The notes below the pieces were generated by a model that was given only the letters and a program-made list of their open reading frames with translations, searched no databases and was not told the DNA's origin. The translations under genes and the position numbers were made by a program. A stretch of 64,000 nt of DNA from NCBI RefSeq assembly GCF_009914755.1, contig NC_060948.1; one strand, written 5' to 3'. Positions 1 through 11,339 of this stretch are shown piece by piece (the stretch's first letter is position 1; each line of letters begins with the position of its first letter). The stretch comes from the human T2T-CHM13v2.0 reference genome, Homo sapiens.

Positions 1-687
1 AGACAATGTGCGTGTTTGTGTGCACAAGCTCAGGGCCAAGAGACACTGGGTGTCCTCACCAATACTGAGGTGGGCCTTAATATCCAGCCAGATTGCCTTC
101 TGGAAACACACGGAATGTCCTGTTCTGTTTTGCCATCTCTTCACATTTCCTCCCCTGTGAGCCCTGTGTGGTCCTCCAGATTCCCTGTGCGGTGGCCTGC
201 CTTTTTTGGGGTGGGGAGTTGCTGGGTGAATGAGGATGGCGGAGGGAACCAAGCATGTCAGTGGAGCGTGGTGTCATCCAAACGGTACTTAGCAGGCCTG
301 GGAGAGTCATTCTGGGAGGACGCAGACCTAGAGAGGCCTCAGGTGGGCATCTGTGTGGAGGGTGAGAGATCCCTGGTTGAGCCCAAACTGAACCCCAGGT
401 AGAAGCAAGCCTCAGGACAGGGAAGTAGCTAGCAAGGGATGATGAGGCAGCTATCTCTTGACCCTGGCTTCCCACCCATTGACCTTAGCTACTTATGCCT
501 ATTAAGCAGATTACGGTTCCCCCATCGTGAAATGTGGGTACCACAGTTCCCTGATGGGCATTTCTCCACCAGCCCATGATGGCCTGAGTTTCCTTACTGC
601 AGTCTCCTCCCTGAGCCTTGGCTTCTCTATGTGTGTCCTAACTCCAGGACCCACAGGCCTGTCAACCCCCAGCCCTGGGCTGCTTCC

Positions 688-1485
688 CTGGCCTCTTCTC
701 TGTTCCCTCTCTGAGGGCCTAACTCCCTTGGGTAGTGCTGCAGAATATAGAGCCACAGGCCCTGGCTGATGATCTGGTGGACTGGGCAAATTGGTCGTGA
801 CAGGTCAGGTTCTGGTTCAAAGCCAATTCCTCCGATGCCAAGGAATGTCGAAGAAGGTCCTTTGCCATGATGCCCCATAGCTGCCCCACCTCAGCAATCG
901 TGCCGTAACCTGGGCCCTCACAGTCAGACAACCAGCTGAAGAAGCTCAGGCAGTGACCTGCGGGAAACTCGGGCTTTCACCTGCATGACCCTAGAACCAC
1001 TGGACTGCAGTGGAGCCAGTCACCCTGTATCCTGGAGGGAGACGAGTCAGGAAGGCGCACGCCAGGCCCAGCTCCCGAGGTACTACCCCCTCTACTCCTC
1101 AGGGAGGATGCCAATGCAATACTCCTTAGTCATCACTTTGTTTCCGAAGTAAATGTTGTGATGAAAGGCAAACTTCTTCCTACCCCTTGTATTCAGGGTG
1201 GCCGAGTTCCTCCACCTGCCTGTCCAAGAAGGAGAAACAGGGCTGTGAAGGGGCAATTTCATCTAGGTGGGCTGAGGTGGCATTCTAGCCGGGGTGAAGC
1301 ATGCGTTTCCCCTTCCCAGCTTTCCCGCTGAGACACACCTGAGCCCCAGAAGGACCTCAACCTGACCAGGACCTTAGCGCCCTCCCCCAGACCCAGGCTT
1401 TCCATCCTGACCTGCAAATCCAACATGCAGCTTTGAAGGACTTTCTCATGGTTTCTGAGCTCCTTGCTCTCACCAGAAAGAATCA
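688..1485 (-). pseudogene. Second, 5'-truncated TSPY-like relic. Exon 2-5-like blocks ~1485-1412, 1215-~1105, 1031-890, 773-688
   Basis: Minus strand encodes VEELGHP, FAFHHNIYFGNKVMTKEYCIGIL, SFFSWLSDCEGPGYGTIAE and IISQGLWLYILQHY, with stops and frameshifts. The region ~40-1485 is colinear with ~8420-9950. Confidence 0.85.
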
Positions 1486-3507
1486 GAACTTTTAAAGTGT
1501 TCTTTATGCCAACTTAAATTTTTTCATTTTTACTACCTCATGTTTTGGATGAGGCATGTATTTTTAAATTTATTTTCACCCTTATTGTACCTCTATGATA
1601 AACTGCTTGCTTACATTCATACCGTAATTATCTCTCAGGTTACTTGTCTGTTCCTAAAGATTCACTGAAACGAAGAATTCTATATATGCTTGTATCTTTC
1701 AGCAACCGTATGTCAGATAGCACTGCACATTACTGCAGACATCGCATATACAGGTCCAAAGGTAGAGGAAGAAGAAGAAAGCAAGCGTTAAACTCTATTC
1801 ATTCCTAAAAGCATATCAGAAACTCACAAATAACAGTGAAATCAAAGAATGATCACAGCCAATTCCATTACATACCTAGACTGAAATACGAAACTTCAAA
1901 GAAAAGAAACATTAGAACTTTGGGTTTGTAAAAATTTTCCTATATAGATAAAATTATTGGTAACTGTGTCTCACTAGAAAACGTAAACAAAAATCCATGT
2001 TTTTCATATTTGTAAATATACATAGTTTTATTTCCATCAGTTATGACATGCAAGCAAGTAATAAAGTGAAAGTACAATCAAATGATATATGGAACTTCCT
2101 CAGTCTTAAAATATTCCGTGGAGACTATCAATTTTATGAAAACTATAAAGAATGCTTCATGAAACTACATTGTACAGTGCCATTTACTATTTTACTGACA
2201 TTTTAAATAATCAACAATTAAAGGGAATACGTCAACATTATTTAATACCAATAACGTTATTTTTCTTGAGTAATCCTGTTGAAATTAAGGATTTTAAATA
2301 AAACATTAAAAACAAATTATATTGACTGATTTCAGCTTTGGATGAAATCATACTTGTGTATTTGTAGTAATGCGAAGCATAACTTTCTCCTCACAATTAA
2401 TCTTTTATAACATCGGTGTTATAGTTTTCTCTGACACCAACATTGTGATATCGCACAGGTTTACTGCATGCATGCATTACATGCCTCCAGAGAGTAGGCT
2501 TCAAATATATGGAAAAATTATATTTATGAAAAAATTCTAGGAAAGGGAATGGTGAAATGGAAGAGAATTTCTCACTTGCTAACTGTTGGACATGGATTTG
2601 TATATATTTGGATATAGACACATACTGGCACACTGTGAGTTTGCCCATGTATATATACACTTATATGAGAAACCCATAATATATGGGTTGTGTAATCTTT
2701 TAATTAATCCATAATTGTATGTGTGTGAAATTAGATAAGCGGTTACCTTTTCTTTACTCAATTTGATGGAAAGCCAAAAAACTCTGTCCACCTTCATTTC
2801 AATTAATCCAATACTGTTAACTGCTGGTAGCTTCATTCTCCTTGTTCTCTTACGGCAACCGGAAAGTTAATTCTCGCTCTAATTTGGCTTTCAAGGTGCG
2901 ATCAACAAGAGTGTCACCTTGCTGTGGATTGTGACCTCTGACTCCACCTCTGTCTTCCTTTTGCAGTCCTACCTTTGCATAGGTAACAAACTTTGTACAT
3001 GGTTAAAAGGATAAACATTCAGTGAAATGTCAAGCCATGCTGTGAAATGTTCCATAGTTTCTATATCTCTAATTGTCCTTTGATGTTATAGAGGCAAGAA
3101 AAATAATTCAATGTTTTTCTTAGTATCTAGTCCAATGCACGCTTTCTTCATAATACTGCAAACAAGGCACTGACATGGAAACGTGGCTGGACGTCTCAAA
3201 ATCTCTTCTCATTAATTACCATTATGTTAATCACTGTTGCCCACAACTGGAATTGGACTTTGAAATCCCCTGGTGGAAATTGCTATAATGGCTCAAACTA
3301 CTGGAAAGACTATCTTTTTTTTACCTGAAAATATCTGATGAGCATAGACATATGCTATATACAGGAACATATTGTACATTAACAACATACCATCACTGCC
3401 ACTCAATAATACGTATCCCAAACCTTTGAGCCAAACTGAGCTCGGGTGCTCCCACAAACCAAGCTTTTCCCTCCACAGATTTCTTATGTCAAAAAGCCAC
3501 AACTCCA

Positions 3508-3810
3508 GGCCAGGCTTCGTGGCTCTTGTTGTAATTTCTACATTTTGGGAGGCCGAGGTTGGTGGGTCACTTGAGGTCAGGAGTTGGAGACCAGCATGGG
3601 CAACATGGCAAAAAGCTGTCTCTACCAAAAATACAAAAATTAGCCAGACCTAGTGGCACTTTCCTGTGGTCCCAGCTACTTGGGAGGCTGAGGCAGGAGA
3701 ACCACCTGAACATGGGTGGCAGAGATTGTATAGTAAGCCAAGATCAGACTACTGCACTCCAGCCTGGATGACACAGCGAGACCATGACTGAAAAAAGAAA
3801 AAAAAAAAAT
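3508..3810 (+). mobile_element. Full-length diverged Alu (also 23783-24085 and 44070-44358)
   Basis: ggccagg...ttttgggaggccgagg...gaggtcaggagtt...aaaaatacaaaaattagcc...cactccagcctgg plus A-tail. Degenerate target-site duplication caactcca on both sides. Confidence 0.95.
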
Positions 3811-3858
3811 AAAGGCAACTCCACTCGTCCACTGGCTTAGGTAAAAAGTACTGGAGTT

Positions 3859-4165
3859 GGCTGGGCTCGGTGGCTCACACCTGTATTCCCAGCACTTTGG
3901 ATTTTGGGAAGCTGAGTCGGGCGGGTCACCTGAGATCTGTAGTAGGAGAGCAGCCTGGCCAACATGGTGAAGCCTGGCTTCTGCTAAAAATACAAAACAT
4001 TAGCTGAGCGTGGTGATGCATGCTTGTAATCCCAGCTACTGCAGAGGCTGAACCTGGGAGGCGGAGGTTGTGTTGAGCTGAGATCCTGCCACTGCGCTCC
4101 AGCCTGGTCTACAGAGCGAGAGTACCCTGTGAGAAACAAAGGTGAAGAGAACAAGAAAAAAAAAA
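3859..4165 (+). mobile_element. Second tandem Alu (also 24134-24440 and 44408-44713)
   Basis: ggctgggctcggtggctcacacctgtattcccagcactttgg...cctgggaggcggaggttg...ccactgcgctccagcctgg. Confidence 0.93.
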
Positions 4166-4271
4166 TGAGAAAAATAAGACCCACTGCAAAAGGTTGCCAC
4201 AGAAAAGATTAAACATTTCAGCAACTTCTATCTTCTGTCATGGAAGCCAAGGTTATTTGGACCAAACCTCC

Positions 4272-4624
4272 TGTCTTAGTTCATTTTCACGCTGCTGAAG
4301 AAGACATACCTGAAACTGGGAATAAAAGGAGGTTTAATTGGACTGACAGTTCCACATGGCTGTGGAGGCCTCAGAATCATGGTATACGAATAAAGGCACT
4401 TCTTACATGGCAATGCCAAGAGAGAATGAGGAAGAACCTGAGGCAGAAACCCCTGAAAAACCCATCAGATCCCGTGAGACTTCTTCACTGTCACAAGAAT
4501 AGCATGAGAAAGACCGACCCCCATGATTCAATTACCTCCCCCTGGGTCCCACCCGCAACACGAGGGAATTCTGGGAGATACAATTGAAGCTGAGATTTGA
4601 ATGGAGACACACCAAACCATGTCA
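4272..4624 (-). mobile_element. Solo MaLR LTR, THE1 family (THE1C-like)
   Basis: TG...CA ends, 353 bp, typical THE1 text (gaggtttaattggact.acagttccacatggctg, cccccatgattcaattacctccccctgggtccc). Near-perfect 5-bp TSD cctcc/cttcc. The subfamily call is from memory of the consensus. Confidence 0.9.
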
Positions 4625-5149
4625 CTTCCCAAACAACTAAAAATTCCCAATAGAAGAAGCATTAATTATATCAAAAAGTGGTGGACCAAGAAGGAACTAT
4701 TAGCCTCATATCTCAAGAAAGACTCCAGTCAAGGCCTAGGGACTACTCATGAAAAGAGTTTAATAGCCGACTCTCTCCCAGTGGATCTGGATTCCACCGG
4801 ACTGTATCTTCACAGTAAGGGTGAAACAGAAGCAAACCCATTCCTATTTCCAAGCTCAAGGAACTTTGGTCAAAGTTCTCTTGGAGCTGAGCAGAACAAG
4901 GAGGCAAACAGAAAAGATTTGTGTCCCTGAGAAGTCATGGCCACAGGCTGGCTATCACACAGATTGTCAAGCCAGTTCCATATTGCATGGGTATTACAGA
5001 AAATCTCAAAACATAAATTTGTGTGTGGGTTGTCCCAGAGTAGCAGGATCTGGCAGAAGGAAATTTCCTTCTAACCCTCAAAGAATCCACATAAATCTTG
5101 TTACATTTGGGATTTTACGATTTGCTTCAGGAATGAGAATGGCCTTAAT

Positions 5150-6050
5150 TTTCATATCTTTTTCTACACTCAGTTTATGTCTTGTTGGCGTCAAAGTTCT
5201 GCTTGCTTCACACAATGAGTTTAGGATTTTCCCTTTTTTATTCTATAGAATTCTTCATATATATTGAAATGCTCTGCCTGGGGAAAAAAATCTGAGCCTA
5301 GCGTTTTATCTCTAGGAAGAATCCTTTATTTCCTTGGACATTTATGAGACTATACAGATTATATATGTCTTCTTGTATCAATTTTACTAAGCTATATACA
5401 TAGCTTATGTTTATATATTATATATATAAATGTAAGATACAAATATAAAAATTATGTATAAATATGAAAATATATATAGAAAGCGATATATATGTCTATA
5501 TATAGAGACAGATTATAAATATCTGTCTATTTGATCTAAGTTTTCAAATTTGTAGGTTAAGGTGTTAACGATATTTCCTTATTAGCTTCTTAATCTATGC
5601 TGTATCTATGGTTGTGTACCTTTTAAATTCTTAGTTTTATCTATGTTTTCTCCCTTTTTTTCTAAACTTGACTGACGGTTGCATCATTTATTATATTTCT
5701 CCAACAAGCAAAGGTTAGCTTTGTATGTTTTACTAATTTTGTCTACATCATTATTCCCACACTTTAGTTTTTCAGAATTGATTCTGTTGTTTCTTTTCTA
5801 ATTCTTTATTGAAATATCTAGTACATTAATTTTCAAGTTATTAGAGAAATATTTGTCTGTAAACTCCTATTGTAATATCACTTTTCTTGCTACTCACAGA
5901 TTTAATCTTTAATATTGGCGGTATCATTGAGTTCTAAGTACATTTCAATTCCTAGTATGATAATCTATGAATTGCTGAGAAATAGTGTTTACAATTTTGT
6001 TGTTCTATTTCCACTTAAGTTTATTTTTACTTCTGCTAACTCAATTGAAA
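5150..6050 (-). mobile_element. Probable old L1 fragment interrupted by AT-rich low-complexity DNA (repeated in units 2 and 3)
   Basis: T-rich strand. ggcgtcaaagttctgcttgcttcacacaatgagtttagg resembles antisense L1 ORF2. Boundaries are uncertain. Confidence 0.5.
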
Positions 6051-6072
6051 ATTCTTTACTAATTTTTAAAAT

Positions 6073-6187
6073 CCTTGAACCCAAGAGATGGAGGTTGCAG
6101 TGAGCTGAGATCAGGCCACTGCATTCCAGACTGAGTGACAGAGTGGAACGAGATTTCAAAACAAAACAAAACAAAACAAAACAAAAC
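6073..6187 (+). mobile_element. Alu 3' fragment with (CAAAA)n tail (also ~26348 and ~46621)
   Basis: cttgaaccc...ggaggttgcagtgagctgagatc...ccactgcattccag. Confidence 0.88.
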
Positions 6188-7734
6188 AGTCACTGGAAAG
6201 ATAATAAAATACATAAATGTGGGATGTAATATGTAATCGTGATAAAATAAACTGGATTTTTTGTATAAGTTATACATATAAATGTAATGCCAAGACACTG
6301 ATAAGACAACTCATGGTCTTATCTCAATACTTAGTGTCTTCATGTAACATATGTCCTTTAGGATAGTTATAGTCCGTTTTCTTTCCAGGAGAGACAGATG
6401 AGAATGCAGAAATGTTAAAGTGCAAGGGACGGAAGCTTCCAGCTGTGCCCACCTGTAACCTGACGTAGACAGTTCCACCGTTTGCTTCATTAATCATGCC
6501 AAAGGCTCTAATGCAAATGTGGTACAGAGTCACATGTTTTTGTATCTACATGATAGAAACTATAACTTCATCCCTATATAGAAGGGTATATAGCATATGC
6601 CTCAGTGATAAATATAAGTGAATCATTGATCAGTAGGAAACCATTTTAAAAGTCTTTCATAACAGAACAAAATCCCTGAAAACATTTTCTTCTCAATCTC
6701 TGAGTTTTCTTACACGGCTTATGAATCTCTAGCCATACTAAAGAGATAGTATGCTGCTCTTCCCACAAATTATTCATTGTATATAATTCCTGTAATCTAA
6801 TAACAGTACCTTTACACCTCAGGGTTTAAAATGACTCCAACCTTTTTCTGTTTCTCCAATTAAAATAACTTTTTTAAGGTTTAATCTTCAGTAATTTTTT
6901 GTAGTAATATTTTTGAAGGTATTTGACCAGGATGATTTGCTTATATACCTACCTGACGTCTCCCTTTCTTCTGAATACATATTTTATTACCCACCTATTA
7001 GATCTAAGTTTAAGAAGTTGGAATAGGGATTTAAATCTAAATTCTACATTTGAATTTACAGGAGTCAGCGAGTCGGGGAAGTGCCTTTATGCACAGACCA
7101 ATATCTGGCAATGGCACTAGGAGACAAATAAGCTTTACCAGTCTCAAAGCCCTGGCTACTACAGTGAATCCACCCTTCTCCTGGATCTTATCTACTTCAG
7201 CAAAAGAAGGCCACCCACTAAACCAGGCCCTTGTACTTTGGGTGGAAACTCCTAAGTCCTCTAGTCTCAAACAGACAGCCAGGCTGCCAATTTCCACAAT
7301 AATAATTTCTATAGCACTGAGTCTTTGGTAGCCTTGTAACTATAGCTACTGATGCTACAGTCTGGTCCCTGTATGATAAAACACCAGAGCAACAGAAACA
7401 AAAATATTGACTGAAGCCTTCTAAAATCTCTCTAAATATACCTTCAATAAATATCGTTTTTTTTTACAGAACGACTGCTTTCAGCTTCCTGAACTAACGC
7501 TTGGCCTTCGCTAGTTGTCACTGTTGAAATTGATTCAAAAGTGTACATTTAACATGAAAGTCAACACAGAATTTCATGTGTCAGCAACTAAAATTTTCAA
7601 AATGTTGCAAAATACAAATGTGAAACTGTATTTGTGAAATTTACCATTCATTGAAATTATATTTTCATACCTACCCAGGCACAGAATTTTTTATAACTGT
7701 CTGCATGTTCTCCTCATGTGGGGGAAAAACAGCA

Positions 7735-7844
7735 TCAGCAGGCAGAGGAATCCTTTGAAGCTGGAGGGAGAGGTTGCAGTGATCTGAGAGTTTGCCACTT
7801 GACTGCAGCCTGGATGACACAGTGAGACTCCAACTGAAAAGAAA

Positions 7845-7885
<41 letters not shown>

Positions 7886-7950
7886 CCAAAATTGATAAGT
7901 AAAAAAAAAATCCGTATTCGAAAACATGCTCACAGGCTAACTCCCATATC

Positions 7951-7992
<42 letters not shown>
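7735..7992 (+). repeat. Alu 3' fragment followed by two (CA)n microsatellites (~7847-7882 and ~7953-7992), length-variable between units
   Basis: gaggttgcagtga...gcagcctggatgacacagtgagactcc then CA runs. The second run in unit 2 is interrupted. Confidence 0.88.
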
Positions 7993-7995
<3 letters not shown>

Positions 7996-9125
7996 TCCTT
8001 GAAAACGAAAGTTCCACAAGGGCGAAACAAGAAAACAAATTTAACACCCCCCAAAGAAAGTACGAAGAGTAACCTCAAAAGAACCGCAGGGGAAAACAAT
8101 TCAAAATTTACAAGTATCTACCCTAAAAGAAGCTGAAAGTCCCTCAAAAACTTTCCAGAGGCCATGTCCTTGTATTACAAAAATGATCATAAAAACTGGC
8201 AGGAGTAGACGAATAGAAATGCATCTTAAAACTTGCTGAACACTTCAAGTCTCCCATAAGAATTGTAATGGAAAATGGATCAGTCGGCAGTTTTTTCCAT
8301 ACAATTATGAACAAATTATATTTCTTCATACATAGATTTGTTTTTTCAATATTCTAAGGAATTAACTTTTATATTAATAGTAGGTGATGTAAGAAAGCAG
8401 GCCTTTATCAAGATAACTGACACTGGATGTCCATACCATTACTCAGGTGGGCCTTAATTCCCAGCCAGGTTCCCTCCCTGGACACACACTGAAGGTCCCC
8501 AGCCATTTGGCAATCTCTTCACATTCCCAGCCCTGGAGGTAGCCCTAAAATACATGTACCTGAAGAAAATAAAACATTGCCTCACACTGGAACCCAGTGT
8601 GGTCCTCCAGATTCCGTGTGAGGTGGACTAACTTATATGGGAAGGCAGGGCAGCGGGAGTGAGGATGGCAGAGAGGATTACACATGTCAAGGCAGCCGGG
8701 GTCATGGAAACAAAACATGACTGGCCTGGGAGAAACACTGTGAAAGGACACAGACCTAGGTGGGCCTCAGGTGGACATCCTCATGGAGAAAAAGGGGGCC
8801 CTGGTTGATCTCAAAATGAGCCCCAGGTGGTAGCAGGTCTTACCGCAGGGCAGGGAGCTGGCGAGTAATGATGAGACAGCTATCCCTTAAGCCCTGCTTG
8901 TCACCCACTGACTTTAGCCACATATGCATCATAGTGGCTTAAGGTGCCCCGATCCTGAAATGTGGGTGTTACATGTCCCTGATGGGCCTCTCTCCCCCAA
9001 CCCACGGATTGCCTGGGATTGCTCACTGCAGTCTCCTCCCGGATCCTTGGGTTCTCCATGTGGGGCCCAGATCCAGGTCAAAAGGCCTCTCAGTTCCCAG
9101 CCCTTCCCAGCCCTAGGCTGCTCGC

Positions 9126-11330
9126 CTGGCCTCCTCTCTGTTCCGCCTCTAGGGCTGACCCTCTCTCCATGGGATAGAACTGCAATGGATTGAGCCATAG
9201 GCCCTGGCTGATGATCTAGGGGACTGCAGAAGTGGGTCCAGGACAGTTCAGGTGACAGTTCAAAGCCAATTCCCCAGAGACCAAGGAATGACCAGCTAGG
9301 TCCTTTCCCATGATGCCCCATGGCGAACCCCACCTCAGCAATCCTGCCAAAACCCGGGCAGTCATGTTCAGCCAAACAGCTGAATGAGCTCAGGTAGGAG
9401 GTGTACTGCCTGCAGCTGGAGGCTTGACCTTCGTGATCCCAGAACCGCTGGACTGCAGTGGAATGAGACACCCTGTAGCCTGCAGGGAGAGGAGTCAGGA
9501 AGGTTCATGCCAGTCCCACCCTCCCACACACCAGCTCCCCTACCATGCTGGGAGGCATTCCTTACCGAGGATGCCAACACAGTGCTCCTTCATGATGATT
9601 TCACTGTGGAAATAAAGGTTGGGATGAAAGGAAATCATCCTGCCACCGGTAACCGGGATGGCTGAGTTCCTCCACCTGCCGGATCAAGGAGAAAGAGGAT
9701 GGATTCAATGGGACCATCTCAACTAGCTGGGCTGAGGTGGCCTACTAGCTGTAGTGAACCATGAGTTTCCCCTTCCCAGCTCTCCCACTGAGACAACCCT
9801 GGTCCCCAGGGGGACCTCAAACTGACTCAGACACTGGACTCCTCCCACAGACCCAGGCTCCCCAGCCTGACCTGCAAATCCATCACGTAGCAAAGCAGGA
9901 CTTCCGCATGCTTTCCGACCCACGCCGACATCTCGTGTGCCAAACAATCTACCTCTGCGCAAGAACTCTCCAGAGGATTGGGTGGGCAAGCCTCGTGACG
10001 CCTTGCAATTTCGCAAGAACACAGACAATGTGGAACAGGGCCATCTCCCAGACATTTGGCCAGTCACCCTTCATTGTTGGCCCTCTATCTCTGTCTGGCG
10101 AGGAGGCAACGCCACAACTGTGGTGGTTTTTGGAGTGGGTGGACCCCGGCCAAGACGGCCTGGGCTGACCAGAGACGGGAGGCAGAAAAAGTGGGCAGGT
10201 GGTTGCAGCTGAGGGACGGGAGGGACCGGGGGTGGTGTGAGGCGGCTGCTTCTCTGAGTTTCTGAGATGCAGGAGGCCTTTGTGTGCTGGGTGCTGGACA
10301 TGCTCCGCTGATGTCCGGGTGTGTGGTGTCCTCTTATCCTAGTCTCCCTGAGGGGTGGGCCTGTCCACCTGAGGGAAGCCTTGTAGTTAGAAGCCACAGC
10401 AGGGTCGTGCCTGGCGCTCTCCAAGGGAATTGCGTGGGTCCAGAGGAAGTTATACAGGCTCAGGGCCTACACGCCTTTGAGTGCAGCGCCTGCAGTTGGA
10501 TGAATGCGCATCTGCGGAGCTGGTGCCCGCCGTCAGGTGGTCGGCAGCCCCATGCGCCGCGAACCCGTCTTAAGCACCTTGTGTTTCTGGGGTGAGCCTG
10601 CTGGAAACAGGCACCGAGAGCAGGGGTGGTTCAATGGCTGGTAATGGCATACAGATTCCCCGTCCTCCAGGGACGTTCCCAGGGAAACGCGTCCTTCGAA
10701 TTTGGGCTGTGCGCAAAGGGACCTTGGCGCCGCGATTCTCCCTTGTCAGTGCTGGCCCTGGCTCCCCTTCCCTACCACGTGCTCCCAGGGCTGCTACAAG
10801 CGAGCTGCCCTCACAGCTGCGGGAACGTGGCCTCGGCTCCCACGCTGTCCCCCATCCCCTGCCTCCTGGCTGACCCCACGTGCCTCCCACCTGGCTCCTC
10901 CCCCCAAACAGCCCCCATACCCCCCGAGGCCCGATGACTATCCCCTGCTGCCCGCCATCCCAAATCGGCAGCCGCAAGGATATGGCTCTGGCTCACAAGG
11001 CGGAGATGCTCTGTGGCCTGGGGCATTCACGGAGCCCAGCTCCAAGTGAAGGACCTCCAGCGAGTCCATTGACGGCCCCGGTGTGCTCGGTCCAGGGCCA
11101 GGCTGTGCCCGCTGGCCCTCCTTCTGCCACCCCACGTCGGGCTCCACCTCAACCACCACCTCCACCTCAGCCATGATGTCTTCCACCTTCAGCACCGCCT
11201 CCTCTTCCAAGGCCGCCTCCTTGCTCTGTACCCCGGCCGTCCTCTCCAGCATTGCCTCCAGCCTGAACACGGTTTTCTCCTGGGTGCTCCCACAGACCCT
11301 GGGCCTGCGCAGCCCAGCCCAGCCCAGCCC
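9126..11330 (-). pseudogene. FAM197Y: Inverted degenerate TSPY paralog (5' part of FAM197Y/CYorf16-type unit). Exon-like blocks ~11330-10984, 9948-9872, 9675-9566, 9479-9334, 9215-9126
   Basis: Minus-strand peptides align in order to TSPY exons 1-5: [80 protein letters not shown]...GRIAE, IISQGLWLNPLQFY. Frameshifts are present. The FAM197Y name comes from prior knowledge of the opposite-strand unit in this array, and true transcript limits are not determinable here. Confidence 0.85.
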
Positions 11331-11339
11331 ATGCCCCGC

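Noticed and set aside
4240-5267. Chain of 109-148 aa plus-strand ORFs
   Set aside because: They overlap the THE1 LTR and a probable L1 relic, and show no recognisable domain.
11311-11330. (AGCCC)4 pentamer run resembling immunoglobulin switch repeats
   Set aside because: Too short. It is a simple local slippage repeat.
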